Assembly (NCBI RefSeq): GCF_963921235.1
Contig: NC_086097.1
Coordinates: 78,308,001-78,372,000, forward strand
Direction: 5' to 3'
DNA length: 64,000 nt
Source of the DNA: Mobula hypostoma
Taxonomy: Eukaryota
The notes under the pieces are model-generated. The model did not search any database. It was given only the letters and a program-made list of their open reading frames with translations, and was not told the DNA's origin. Shown piece after piece: positions 38,308 through 50,329 of this stretch. The number at the start of each line of letters is the position of its first letter. The first letter of the stretch is position 1. The translations under genes were made by a program, and so were the position numbers.

Positions 38308-39945
38308 GTGTGGGCACGTGGCCAAGTGGCTAAGGCATTGGACTAGCTACCTGAAGGTCGTGAGTTCGAGCCCCAGCCGAGGGAACATGTTGTGTCCTTG
38401 AGCAAGGCGCTTAATGTCATGGTCCGGATCAGGGTCTCTTTAAATTTACTTTGTTTATGTTATGATCCGGACCGTTGACTCCCTGTTTCCCTTTGGTTCC
38501 CTGTTTTCCCGTGTCCCTCGGCCTTGGTGATTAGAGGCAATTTACTCTTGGCTGAACCGGTAGTTTATAGTCTCTGGCTTTCAGCTGTTCAGCGCGAGAG
38601 CGTTTGTAAAGTCACCAAAGGTACGGCGTGCCAATGTCATCTGGCCGGAGCAAGCCTAGTCTCTGCCCGAAGCGAGTGCCGGTAATTCACCTTTCCTCAC
38701 CAGAGCAACCCTGTCAAGTTACCTCGCCAAAGCGAGCCTGCAAAGTTTCCTCACCGAGGTGGGTCCGTCAGTTAACCCGCCGGAGGGAATCAAGAACTGC
38801 TGTCTACTGTTCCCGAGCCGAGTCGAGAGCTCGCCACTACCCGGAGGCTCCAAGTCATGTCCTGGCCCTGGCAGCATCCAAGTACCCAGTCAAGTCCTGT
38901 CCCTGGCGGCATCCAAGTACCAAGTCAAGTCCCGTCCCTGGCGGCATCCAAGTACCGAGTCAAGTCCCGTCCCTGGCCGCATCCAAGTTCCGAGTCAAGC
39001 CCTGGCCCTGGCGGTCTGTGATTCCTGTCCTACCCCCATGTCTGAATCCCTTCTCTGCCCCTCTCACCTCCAGCCCTCATCTGCAGCCCTCTCCGGCACC
39101 TCGGTCTAGTTCTATCGCCGGAGCTAGATAGGTACTGTCTTGTGTTCTTTCGTGTTGGTCTTGTCTTGTCCTCACATCCGTGGGTTAAGTCAGGCAGTCT
39201 TGCCATTGCCCTGCGGGGGGTCATGTCTTGTCTTGTCTTGTCTTGTCCTTGCCTCCGTGGGGTAAGTCAGGCCGTCTTGCCGTTGCCCTGCAGGGGGGGT
39301 CATGAGTCCCGGCCCTATGTCCTGTACCCAAGGAGGGGTCCCGACTCTGTGTTCTGTATATGTGTTCATGGTTCCATGTACCTGCTCTCCCAAGACTGAG
39401 GCTCTGTTTTTCCATGTTCCTCCTCTCCCTAGCCCACGTCATGTCCTTGCCTGGTTCTGGGGTCCAAGCCCAAGGCAAGACCCAGGTACTGGGTCCTTGC
39501 CCAGTCCCTGGCTCTGAGTCTATACCATAGCCTCTTCATGTCGCCTCTAGTTCTAGGATCCTATTCCGAGTCCTAGCCCAGACCCTTGTCCCAGCCTAGT
39601 CATAGTCCTGAGTCCTTGTCCATTTCGCTATTCCTGCTCCTGCTTTGCTCTCCTGGTATCAAACAATAAACTAAATTTACTTAACCTCACAAGATGTGTC
39701 TTGCATTTGGGTCCACCCTTGCTCCCAATGCCCCCCCAATGTCACACTTAATCACACATTGCTCTGCGATCGCACTGGTGCCAAGCTGTATGGGTCCTAA
39801 TGCCCTTCCCTTGGACAACATTGATGTCATGGAGAGGGGAGCATGGGCAACTGCTGGTCTTCCATACAACCTTGCCCAGGCCTGCACCCTGGAGAGTGAA
39901 GACTTTCCAGGCGCAGATCCATGGTCTCGCAAGACCAGTAGGTCC
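38308..39945 (+). mobile_element. tRNA-derived SINE split by a solo LTR
   Basis: A-box tggccaagtgg, B-box gagttcgagcc and CORE-like tgtgtccttgagcaaggcgcttaa; the body resumes at 39752. Confidence 0.8.
38415..39746 (+). mobile_element. Solo LTR (about 1.33 kb)
   Basis: TGTCA...TGTCACA termini; 5-bp TSD cttaa (38410-38414 and 39747-39751); aataaa at ~39665; internal ~35-bp tandem repeats at ~38860-39010. Confidence 0.88.
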
Positions 39946-40029
39946 TATGGGGTTCCACATTTAACTCTTTGCATTTTTTAATATTTCTTGATGAATTAGA
40001 CTGAAATTTTGGACCACAATAAGGAAGAT

Positions 40030-42125
40030 GATGCACAATTTGAATCTATGGTTAATAATGAGGATGAAAGCTTAAGAGTGCAGGAAGATGAAGACGGTAT
40101 GATCAATTGGACAGAGAACAATGAAAGAATTCAGTCCACCAAAATGTGAGGTAATGCATCTAGGAAGGTGCAATAAGACAAAGGAGCACACAATAAATGG
40201 ATGGATATGGCAGAGGAACATAGGAAAATGGAGTGCATGTCCTTAAAGAAAGGAAGACAAAGCAAAAGGGAGGTTAACAAAGAATATTGAATTAGCCCTT
40301 ATTAGCCAAGGCAGAGAATATAACGAGAAGCAGGATCAGGTTTACTGTCACCGGTATATGTCATGAAATTTGTTCTCTTCACATAATAATAGAAAAAATA
40401 TGAATTACAGTAAATGTGAAATGTGAATTTAAGTATATTAAATAGTTACATTAAGTATGTAGTGCAAAAATAAAAATTTTTTAAAGTAGAGAGGTAATGT
40501 TAATGGGTTCGTCCATTCAGAAATTGGATGGCAGAGGGGAAGGAGCTGTTCCTGAATCATTGAGTGTGTGCCTTCAGGCTTCTGTACCTCCTACCTGAGG
40601 GTAGCAATGAGAACAGTTCACGTCCTGGGTGATGAGGTCCTTAATAATGGAGGCCACTTTGTTGAGGCTTCGCTCCATGAAGATGTTGTTGATACAACAG
40701 AGGCTAGTGTTCATAATGGAGCTGACTAAGTTTACTACTCTCTGCAGTTTATTTTGATCCTGTGCAATATTCTTTAGTGAAATACCAAGTTTCCTCAAAC
40801 TCCTAATGAAATTTAGCCACTGTCATGCCTTCTTTGTAGCTGCATCAATATGTTGTGCCCAGGATAGAACATCAGAGACATTGACACCCAGGGAACTAGA
40901 AACTGCTCACTCTTTCCAATTCTGATCCCTTTATGAGGATTGGTGTGTGTTCCCTCACCTTACCCTTTTTGGAGTCCACAATCAGTTCTTGGATCTTACT
41001 GACATAGAGTGTAAGGTTGTTGCTGCGACACCACTCAACTAGCTGATATATTTCACTTCTGTACACCCTCTCATCACCATCTGAAATTCTGCCAACAATG
41101 GTTGTATCATCAGCAAATTTAAAGATGGCATTTGAACTGTGCCTAGCCACACAGTCATGGGTATAGACAGAGTAGAGCAGTGGGCTAAGCACACACCCCT
41201 GAAGTGTGCCAGTGTTGATTGTCAGTGAGGTGGAGATGTTATTTCCAATCAACATAGATTGTGGTCTTCCAGTAAAGAAGTCGAGGATCCAGTTGCAGAG
41301 GGAGTTGCAGAGGGCCAGGTTTTGGAGCTTTTCAATCAGAACTGTAGGAATGATAGCGTTAAATGCTGAGCTGGAGACAATGAACAACATCCTGACACAG
41401 GTATTTGTATTGTCCAGGTGATCCAAGAGCCAATGAGATCGCATCTGCTGTATACTTATTGTGGCAATAAGCAAACTGCATTGGGTCCAGGTCCTTGCTG
41501 AGACAGGAGTTAATTCTAGCTATAACCAGCTTCTCAAAGCACTTCATCACTGTAAACGTGAGTGCTATTGGATGATAGTCATTAAGGCAGCTCACTCAGC
41601 TCTTTTGGGCAGTAGCATAATTGTTGACCTTTTGATGCAGGTGAGAACTCCCAACTGTAGCAATGAGAGATTGAAAATGTCTTTGACCACCCTCGAAGGC
41701 AACGTTAATCATACTAATTCCGGTCAACTCATTACATGAAAGATGGAAGTGCATTGCTGATGTTACTTTGGAGATTTGAGAATATTGCCAAGGTTGGAAA
41801 ATTTTAAGTGAAAGATTGGATTATTTGGAACAGAGGAGACTGAGGGGAGAATTAATTAAGGTGTATGAAATTATAAAGAGCTTGAGACAAGGTGAGAAGA
41901 AAGGTCCCAATTTTCTTATCAATGAAGTTAAAAAAAAAGGACATAAATTTAAAGTAGGATTAGAGGGAAGACGAGGAAAATAAAATTCAACCAAGCATGT
42001 TGAAATCTGGAAATCTCTGGCTAAGGGGGTGGTAGAGGACAAACCACTTGTCACTTTTGAGATGTGTGCTTGAAGACCTGTGACACACGGTGCCGGAGAA
42101 CAAGTGCTGGAGGATGGGATTAGAC
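40030..42125 (+). mobile_element. Old CR1 interrupted by Rex1
   Basis: Decayed CR1 RT C-terminal sequence on both sides of 40330-41690 (aaatgtgaggtaatgcat; ttggaacagaggagactgaggggagaattaatt). Confidence 0.6.
40330..41690 (-). mobile_element. Rex1/Babar LINE, degenerate
   Basis: [40 protein letters not shown] and [10 protein letters not shown] motifs; frameshifted. Confidence 0.9.
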
Positions 42126-42292
42126 TGATTATTTTTTTAGAACATAGAAATAGGAGCAAAGTAAGCCATCTGGTCCATCAAGCCTGGTCTGCTTTTAATT
42201 AAGATCATGGCTGACTGACTGTAGACTTAGCTCCACCTACCTACTTAATTCCCCTACTATGCAAAATCTATCTGTGTATTAAATATAGTTAA

Positions 42293-43005
42293 CAAGCAAA
42301 ACACAAAATATTGGAGGAACTCAGAGGGTCAGGCTATTTTCATCTATGGATGAAAATAAACAGTCAACATTTTGGGTCAAGACTCTCATCAGGACGGAAA
42401 AAGAAAGGGGCAGTAGCTAGATTAAAATGGTGCAGATGGGAAGTGGAGAGTAAAAGCTGTCATGTGATAGGTGAGTCCAGGTGGGGGAGAAGGTACTGTA
42501 GGTAAGTGGACGAGGGTGAGAGGTGATAGGTGGAAGAGGGATAGGTGAAGAAGGAAGAAGGAAAGCTGAAGAAGGACAGGGGAGTGGCAATGGAACAAAG
42601 GGAAGGAGGTGGAATATTGAGGAGATGTAATGGGCATGTCATAATGATGGGGGGAGGGGGAGAGGAGAAGAACATGGTTGAAAGAGCCTCCAGAAAAGGA
42701 ATAAAACAAAACAAAGAGGGGGCAAAACAGAGTAGAGTAGTTACAGGAAATTAGAGAAGTCAATGGTCATGCCATTATATTGGAGACTACTCAGACAGAA
42801 TATGAGGTGTTGCTCCTTCAGTTTACATTTGATCTCATCGTGTTAGTAATGGAAACGTGCAGACATGTCAGTGTGGGAACGGAAAGTTGAATTGAAATGG
42901 ATAGCCACTGGGAGTTACTGCCTTTTGCAATGGACAGAATGAAGGTGTTTAATGAAGCAATGCCCCAGTCTGCATTGGACCTTGCTGATCTTGAAGCAGC
43001 TGTAT
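42293..43005 (-). mobile_element. Degenerate Penelope-like element 3' region
   Basis: Collinear with 31290-31880, including a decayed hammerhead-like motif (minus strand gtcCTGATGAgagtcttgacccAAAAtgttgact). Confidence 0.75.
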
Positions 43006-43867
43006 CGGAGGGAGCCTCTATTGCCTCCATAAACAAAGAATTCCACAGATTCATTATTCTCTAGGAAAAGTGGCCCATCTTCATCTCTGTCATAAATCTA
43101 CTTCGCCAAATCTTGAATCTATATCCGTTAGTTCTACGCTCACTTTGACCGAGAGAACAAGGAGGCCACCCTCAAAGTGGATCTCCAACCTGGTGAACTG
43201 CCTGTCTCACTTTCCATCTCTGATGTTTACACCACCCTGAGCAGGGTGAATGTACGGAAGGCAGCTGGTCCGGATGAATTACCTGGCCGTGTGCTCAGAG
43301 TATATTCAGGACAGTTGGCTGGGGTCTTCACGGACATTTTTAATCTGTCCCTGGCCCAGGCAATTGTCCCCACAAGCTTCAAGATCGCTACCATCGTGCC
43401 AGTGCCGAAGAATTCCACTGCCACGGGCCTGAATGACTTTCGTCCAGTTGCACTCACCCCGATCATTGCAAAGTGCTTTGAGAGGCTGGTTCTATCACAT
43501 CTGAAATCCTGTCCGCCCTCTACCCTGGACCCCCATCAATTTGCCTATCGCACCAACAGGTCAACAGAGGATGCCATCTCCACGGCACTTCACTCTGCCC
43601 CGACCCACCTGGACAGCCCCAACTCTTACGTCAGAATGCTGTTCATTGACTTTAGTTTGGCATTCAATACTGTGATCCCCTCCAAGCTGATCACCAAACT
43701 TCACCAGCTTGGTATCAGTGTATCACTCTGCAATTGGACCTTGGACTTTCTGACTAACAGACTCCAATCAGTTAAGTTAGACAAGTTCTCCTCCTCCACT
43801 CTCACCTGAACGCCGGCGTGCCTCAAGGCAGTGTGCTGAGCCCTCTTTTGTACTTCCTTTTCACCTA

Positions 43868-45467
43868 CAAACCCCATTTCCAGAAAAGTTGGGATATTTT
43901 CCAAAACACAATAAAAACAAAAATCTGTGATATGTTAATTCACGTGAAACTTTATTTAACTGACAAAAGTACAAAGAAAAGATTTTCAGTAGTTTTACTG
44001 ACCAACTTAATTATATTTTGTAAACATACACAAATTTAGAATTTGATGGCTGCAACACACTCAACAAAAGTTGGGACAGAGGCATGTTTACCATTGTGTT
44101 ACATCACCTTTCCTTTTAATAACACTTTTTATTCATTTTGGAACTGAGGATACTAATTGTAGTAGATTTGCAATTGGAAATTTTGTCCATTCTTGCTTGA
44201 TATAAGACTTCAGCTGCTCAACAGTCCGTGGTCTCCGTTGTCTGATTCTCCTCTTCATGATGCGCCATACATTTTCAATAGGAGATAGATCTGGACTGGC
44301 AGCAGGCCAGTCAAGCACATGCACTCTGTGTCTAAAAAGCCACGCTGTTGTAGCCCGTGCAGAATGTGGTCTGGCATTGTCCTGCTGAAATAAGCATGGA
44401 CGACCCAGGAAGAGACGTTGCCTTGATGGCAACATATGTCTCTCTAAAATCCTAATATACGCCTCAGAGTCAATGGTACCTTCACATACATGCAACTCAC
44501 TCATGCCGTGGGCACTGATGCACCCCCATACCATCACAGATGCTGGCTTTTGCACCTTTCGCTGATAACAATCTGGATGGTCGTTTTCACCTTTGGCACG
44601 GAGAACTCGACACCCGTTTTTTCCGAAAACTAGCTGAAATGTGGACTCATCTGCCCACAGCACACGGTTCCACAGTCTTTCAGTCCATCTGAGATGAGCT
44701 CGGGCCCAGAGAACTCGCCGGCGTTTCTGCATAGAGTTGATATATGGCTTCCTCCTTGCATAATACAGTTTCAAGTTGCATTTCTGGATGCAGCGACAGA
44801 CTGTGTTGAGTGACGATGGTTTTCCGAAGTACTCCTAAGCCCGGGTGCCTATAATTGTCACAGTAGCATGGTTTCTTAGGCAGTGCCGCCTGAAGGCTCG
44901 AAGATCACGCGCATTCAACAATGGTTTCTGACCTTGCCCTTTATGCACTGAGATGTCTCTGAATTCTCTGAATCTTTTCACAATATTATGTACTGTAGAT
45001 GTTGAAAGACCTGAATTCTCTGCAATCTTGCGTTGAGAAATGTTCCTTTTGAACTGACTAACAATTCTCTCACAAATTTTGGCACAAAGGGGTGAGCCAT
45101 AACCCATCCTTGCTTGCAAAGGCTGAGCCCTTGATGGATGCTACTTTTATACCCAGTCATGATACCTCACCTGCTACCAATTAGCCTGCTTAATGTGGAG
45201 TCTTCCAAACCGGTGTTACTTGAATATTCTGTTCACTTTTCAATCTTATTTTAACTCTGTCCCAACTTTTGTTGAGTGTGTTGCAGCCATCAAATTCTAA
45301 ATCTGTGTTTATTTACAAAATACAATTAAGTTGGTCAGTAAAACTATTGAAAATCTTTTCTTTGTACTTTTGTCAGTTAAATAAAGGTACACGTGAATAA
45401 CATATCACAGATTTTTGTTTTTATTGCATTTTGGAAAATATCCCAATTTTTCTGGAAATGGGGTTTA
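43868..45467 (-). mobile_element. Full-length Tc1 DNA transposon (IR-DR type TIRs, about 210 bp)
   Basis: TA TSD at 43866-43867 and 45468-45469. TIR caaaccccatttccagaaaagttggg... is mirrored at the right end, with an inner repeat aaaagttggga. Confidence 0.97.
44088..45107 (-). pseudogene. Tc1 DD34E transposase, about 339 codons, two in-frame stops
   Basis: One frame from MGYGSPLC to KGDVTQW*. Catalytic motifs WADES, QQDNARPH and SPDLSPIE with 34 residues between D and E. Stops at 44835-44837 and 44133-44135. Confidence 0.93.
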
Positions 45468-46798
45468 TATGACTGCGTTCCTATACATGGTTCTAACTCC
45501 ATAATCAAGTTCGCAGACGACACCACGGTGGTTGGTCTGATCAAAGGGAATGACGAGATGGCTTACATGGTTGAGGTTCAGCACCTGGCTGCGTGGTGTG
45601 CCGACAACAATCTGGCCCTTAACACCCAGAAGACCAAGGAGATCATTGTGGACTTCAGGTATGCCAGGAGTCACACTCACATCCCCACCTACATCAACGG
45701 AACTGTAGTGGAGCGTGTTCCAAGCTTCAAATTCCTTGGTGTCCACATTTCCACAGATCTCACCTGGTCCCTGAACTCCTCCATCCTGATCAAAAAGGTG
45801 CAACAGCGCCTTTATTTCCTGCGGAGCATGAAGAAAGCTCACCTCTGTCCCAGGATACTGATGCTATACCATTGAGAGCATACTCACCAACTGCATCGAA
45901 GTGTGGTATGGCAATTGTCCCGTATCGGACCGCAAAGCACTCCAGCGTGTGGTGAAAACTGCCCAGCGGATTATCGGCACCCAATTGCCCACCATTGAGA
46001 ACATCTACCACAAACGCTGCCTGGGCAGGGCAAAAAGCATTATCAAGGATGCATCTCACCCTAACCATGGACTTTTTACTCTCCTCCCATCCGGTAGGCG
46101 CTACAGGAGCCTCCGCTCCCGCACCAGCAGGCGCAGGAAGAGCTTCTTCCCTGAGGCTGTGACACTGCTGAACCTCTCATCACAGCGCCAAGCAGTGTTG
46201 CATCTGTATTGTACTGTCTCAGTACTTTTATGTTTGTGTGCTGTAGCCCTTTTTTTATTCACAGTTATTTTGTAAATAACACTATTCTTTGCATTTCTGG
46301 TCAGGTGCTAGATGCATTTCATTGGCTTTGTATCTGTACTCGGCCCAATGACAATAAGGTTGAATCTAATCTAATTTAGTTCTAGTCTGAGCTACTAATG
46401 AAAACAACTTTACTGCCTCTATCTTACTTTACTTTGCCCTTTCATTACTTTATGTTTCTATAAGATCCCCTCTCATTCTTTTAAATTCCAATGAGTACAG
46501 TCAAAGGGAATAAACATTATGAGACAAAATGTGTTCAGTATCAAGATTTCTTGTGATTTTACATGATTGTTAATCCACAAGATTCACATAAATGCAAAGA
46601 CAGATTACAAAACAAATAAATTCTGAGTCGAAACTACAAGGTACAGTTGTTGGAATTGCTACTGAGCAATTAGGCAAGAAGAAAGATCAATTTATAAACC
46701 AAAACTTTCAACAATGATCCACATTGTACCACAGTATATACTGTATAAACAAAACATTGAAGTCTTGGCCATTATCTGACATGCATACAGGTTGCTAG

Positions 46799-47325
46799 CT
46801 TCTTCTTCATGTGCCTTGCACATTACACACTTGGGCGATCATGGCTCTCCAAATCAAATGATCCCTCGCAGCGTCAATGATATCTCGCACACTTAGATCT
46901 GTAAGTTCTTTCACAGTGTCCATATATTTTCTTCTTTGCCTTCCTCTACCGCTTTTCCCAGGCATACGGCCTTGTAATGTAAGGCATTCTATTTCTCCCT
47001 TTCTGATGACATGGCCCAGGAACTTAAGTTTCCTCTCATTTAATGTTCTCATTAAAGATCTTTTCGTATGGGCACGTTGGAGTACTGTCTCATTAGTTAC
47101 CCTATCTCCATATGATATTTTCAGCATTCTTCTAAGAAACCACGTTTCTGTTGCTTCTAAGTTTCTTTGGAATTCTGGTGTTATAGTCCATGTTTCGGAA
47201 GCACACAGCAAGATTGACCAGATATAACATTTTAGTAGCCTAAGCCTTGTTGTCATAGAAATGTGTCTGTTGGTAAAAATGGGTTTCATTTTTTGGAAGT
47301 TGGTTTTGGCAATGGCAATTCTTCT
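46799..47325 (-). mobile_element. RTE-clade LINE 3' end
   Basis: Open 160-aa ORF RLRLLKCYIWSILLCASETWT...LKFLGHVIRK...GRGRQRRKYMD; (gaa)n tail. Confidence 0.9.
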
Positions 47326-47723
47326 TGCAAGATCAAAATGATAAAGCCCAAGTAAAGTAAAACTTTACTACATTATTAAACTTGTGATGTTGGTAGCTTA
47401 ACCTAGATAAAGACTATTAATCATACAACATAATTGTAATTATTATCCAATACCTCATTCTATGTAGCTATCAGCTTGTGAATACCATCAAAAAGAGGTC
47501 CAAGTCCAATTTTTCTAAATGAATTGTGTCTGAATTTTGTTTTATAAATATTATCCTTTAACTGTGATATCTATATATGCACTGGATTTGAAAAAGATGA
47601 AAGCAGCATTTTTCAGGAAATATTTTATTAAAATTATCATTGTGATGTAGATATATCAATACCTCATATTTTCTGTAGCACTAATGCATTTCTAATTTAA
47701 AAAAACACTTTACTAACAAGAAA

Positions 47724-47942
47724 TACACACAAAGTGCTCGAGAACCTCAGCAGGCCAGGCAGCATCTATGGAAAACAATAGTCGACGTTTCGGGCCGAAA
47801 GCCTTCGGCAGGACACTGACGGATCTTGGCCCGAAATGTTGACTATACTCTTTTCCATAGATGCTGCCTGGCCTGCTGAGTTCCTCCAGCATTTTGTGCG
47901 TGCTGCTTGGATTTCCAGCATCTGCAGATTTTCTCTTGTTTG
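47724..47942. mobile_element. Penelope-derived fold-back (palindromic) short element
   Basis: 14-bp TSD ttactaacaagaaa (47710-47723 and 47943-47956); inverted arms of pLTR sequence with decayed hammerhead motifs. Confidence 0.88.
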
Positions 47943-48439
47943 TTACTAACAAGAAAGAAATTTTAAAGGATTACACCCCACAGCAAGAATGTGCTGAATG
48001 CTTCAAATTTGACATTCTTCTCAGGGGTAATAGGGGCTAAATAAGATAGCCCGCCAAAACAAGTACAGGTGCTGATTAACACATTCTTATTGACAGCAAT
48101 GCAGGTAGCACACCAACTCCAAACTGTCTGGTTTTTATAACATTGGGGGAAGTATGGCAAGTCCTCTGCTGTTCTGCGATTACTATACTTCTGTTATTTC
48201 TTCCAGTATGATGTTGACTAGGTTTTTTGTTGGAAGGTCAGCTATCAGCACAACAGCATAGGGATGAATACAGAAGGGATTCTTCGAACACAAATGACTG
48301 TCTCTGCTTATAGAAGGCCTTGAGAACCAATGAAGCCAAGCTCTGCTGAAAAGAAGCTGACTAGTTGTAAAAACTGACACTGTTACTGAGCACTTGTAAA
48401 TACCTTTGCCTTCACAAAACCAAACATTTTAAACAAAAG

Positions 48440-48772
48440 TATGTGGTGTACAAGATAATCAGAGACATTGATCATGTGGATAGTCAGAGGCTTTTTCCCA
48501 GGGCTGAAATGGCTAGCATGAGAGGACATAGCTTTAAGGAAGTAGGTACAGGAGGAGATGTCGGGTACGTTTTTTTACGCAGAGACTGGTGAGTGCATGG
48601 AATGGGCTGCTGCTGGCAGTGATGGAGGCAGAAATGATAGCTTCTTTTAAGAGACTCCCGGATAGGTACATGGAACTTAGAAAAATAGAGGGCTATGGGT
48701 AAACCCAGATAGTTCTAAGGTAAGGACATGTTTGGCACAGCTTTGTACTGTAGGTTTTCTATGTTTCTATGT
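48440..48772 (+). mobile_element. CR1 3' end
   Basis: gtgtacaagataatcagagacattgatcatgtggatagtcagagg matches the CR1 at 56105-56400; ttctatgtttctatg tail. Confidence 0.85.
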
Positions 48773-49242
48773 CAAGAAAGTTAAATTCATTCTCAAAACT
48801 TGAAAGTTCAAAATCAAGTTAACAAGAATCCGTGAAAGTTTGCATTGTACATGAGGCTACTACCTGCACAGCATAACTGTCCTGGATCAGCTAAGTATAT
48901 GCCCCAGGCCCTATTCCAAAATAGGGCAAATCCGTGTGCACATTAGTGATGCTGATGAAAGATTGCACCCAGCAGTAGCAGCAGTATCCATAGTATAATC
49001 AGGTGGTAATGGTTAACATTAAGCAGCAACCCTTCAGGGTGGTCAGCACCTCTTAAAGGAGAGGTACGTAATTGCTGGAGCAGATGAGCGTATTCACATA
49101 AGCAGTAAATCTGATCAGCGACAGAATGGTACATCATGAGAGTGTGGGTTCTCAGGTGATTAGATAGTGGACAAGATGGCTTAGTGGCAGAAGTGAAAAT
49201 GTGAGAGACTAGGAAGCCTCCCAGACATATTCTTTGAATGTT

Positions 49243-49424
49243 ACAAACAAGAGAAAATCTGCAGATGCTGGAAATCCGAGCAACACACACAAAATACCGG
49301 AGGAACTCAGCAGACCAAGCAACTTCGGAAGTCCTGTGGAAGGGTTTCGGCCCGAAACATTGACTGTATTTTTTTCCATAAATGCTGCCTGGCCTGCTGA
49401 GTTCCACCAGAATTTTGTGTGTTT
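49243..49424. mobile_element. Penelope-derived fold-back short element
   Basis: acaaacaagagaaaatctgcagatgctgg...gaggaactcagcagacc followed by the inverted arm ...ggcctgctgagttccaccagaattttgtgtg. Confidence 0.8.
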
Positions 49425-49508
49425 TCCTTCAAAAGTGATGAACTCAGATAGCCAGAGGCCACTGTCTAACCCAGAGTGCAGTTTCTCTAGGAGTTTAATA
49501 ATCATATA

Positions 49509-50329
49509 CAGTGGATTCCTGCTAATTGAGACACATTGGGTCCAGTACATTTTGGCCCAATTAAGCAGCTACTTCAATTAGTCAAAGTTTCATGGAAATA
49601 GTTAAAACTATAAAGAATATAAGCTACCATTTAATTGAGTAAAAAATTATGTATTTAAGTGAAATATAGAACAAATTAGAAGACTTCTAATACTACTACA
49701 GTACTATAAAAGTATGTATTAGTTCCTAATAGTGATCAATGGAGGAATTCAACCAGTGTACACTGCCACATTTTTTTGATTGACTGTAACTGAACAATAT
49801 CACCGTGGACACCTATTGTAGATAATGGACCGTCTTCATACAATACTTTCAACAATTGCATTCTCCATATCTTCATTTTAATTAAAATATTCAAGATGAT
49901 TGTTGATACCTTCAAATTCTTCATAGTTTCAAAATTGTTGAAGTAGTGAAATCATCTTATTTTCACTCCCAGCCGTCTCTGGCATCTCTAGGTTTGAATG
50001 TTTGAAACCACAGTGAGCAAAACAGCACTGAATCATCTTACTGCTTATTTCTTGCTAACTATCAGGGACAAAAGTCACTCCTTGTTGAATACATGCACAC
50101 AAAACTGACAATTTTTTAAAACTATTTGCTCTAAGCACAATGTAATATCTAATGGCCACAAAGTGCATGTCTGTTCAGCAACAGTCTCCTGCCCAAATTA
50201 AGTGGAATAGTGTCCCAAATAAATGAAGGGAATTTTGGCTCTATTCTCTGTCGGTTTTTGTTCTTTAACAGTTGTCCCAAATAAGCAGTTGCTCCAATTA
50301 CCGATAGCCCAATTAGCAAGAATCCACTG
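49509..50329. mobile_element. Tigger/pogo-like non-autonomous DNA transposon (MITE)
   Basis: TA|cagtggattcctgctaattg ... caattagcaagaatccactg|TA. Superfamily assignment rests on the CAGT terminus and TA TSD only. Confidence 0.8.

Larger units (their letters stand above)
43137..46375 (+). mobile_element. Rex1/Babar LINE, 5'-truncated, interrupted by Tc1
   Basis: [37 protein letters not shown] and KFADDTTVVG motifs; 9-bp TSD ttagttcta (43128-43136 and 46376-46384); (aatct)n tail. Confidence 0.95.
42135..46505 (-). mobile_element. Old CR1 3' end broken into three pieces (42135-42292, ~43008-43136, 46376-46505)
   Basis: The CR1 3' UTR and MNLWNSL/(SGA)TFPRE... region continue across the Penelope and Rex1 insertions. 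Confidence 0.65.

Noticed and set aside
38310..38385. tRNA gene
   Set aside because: A and B boxes are present, but the sequence runs straight into a SINE body; it is a tRNA-derived head.
38628..39517. Several Pro/Ser/Arg-rich ORFs and a ~35-bp repeat array
   Set aside because: These are GC-rich tandem repeats inside a solo LTR with no gag/pol motifs. They are not CRISPR-like, since there are no unique spacers and the context is eukaryotic.
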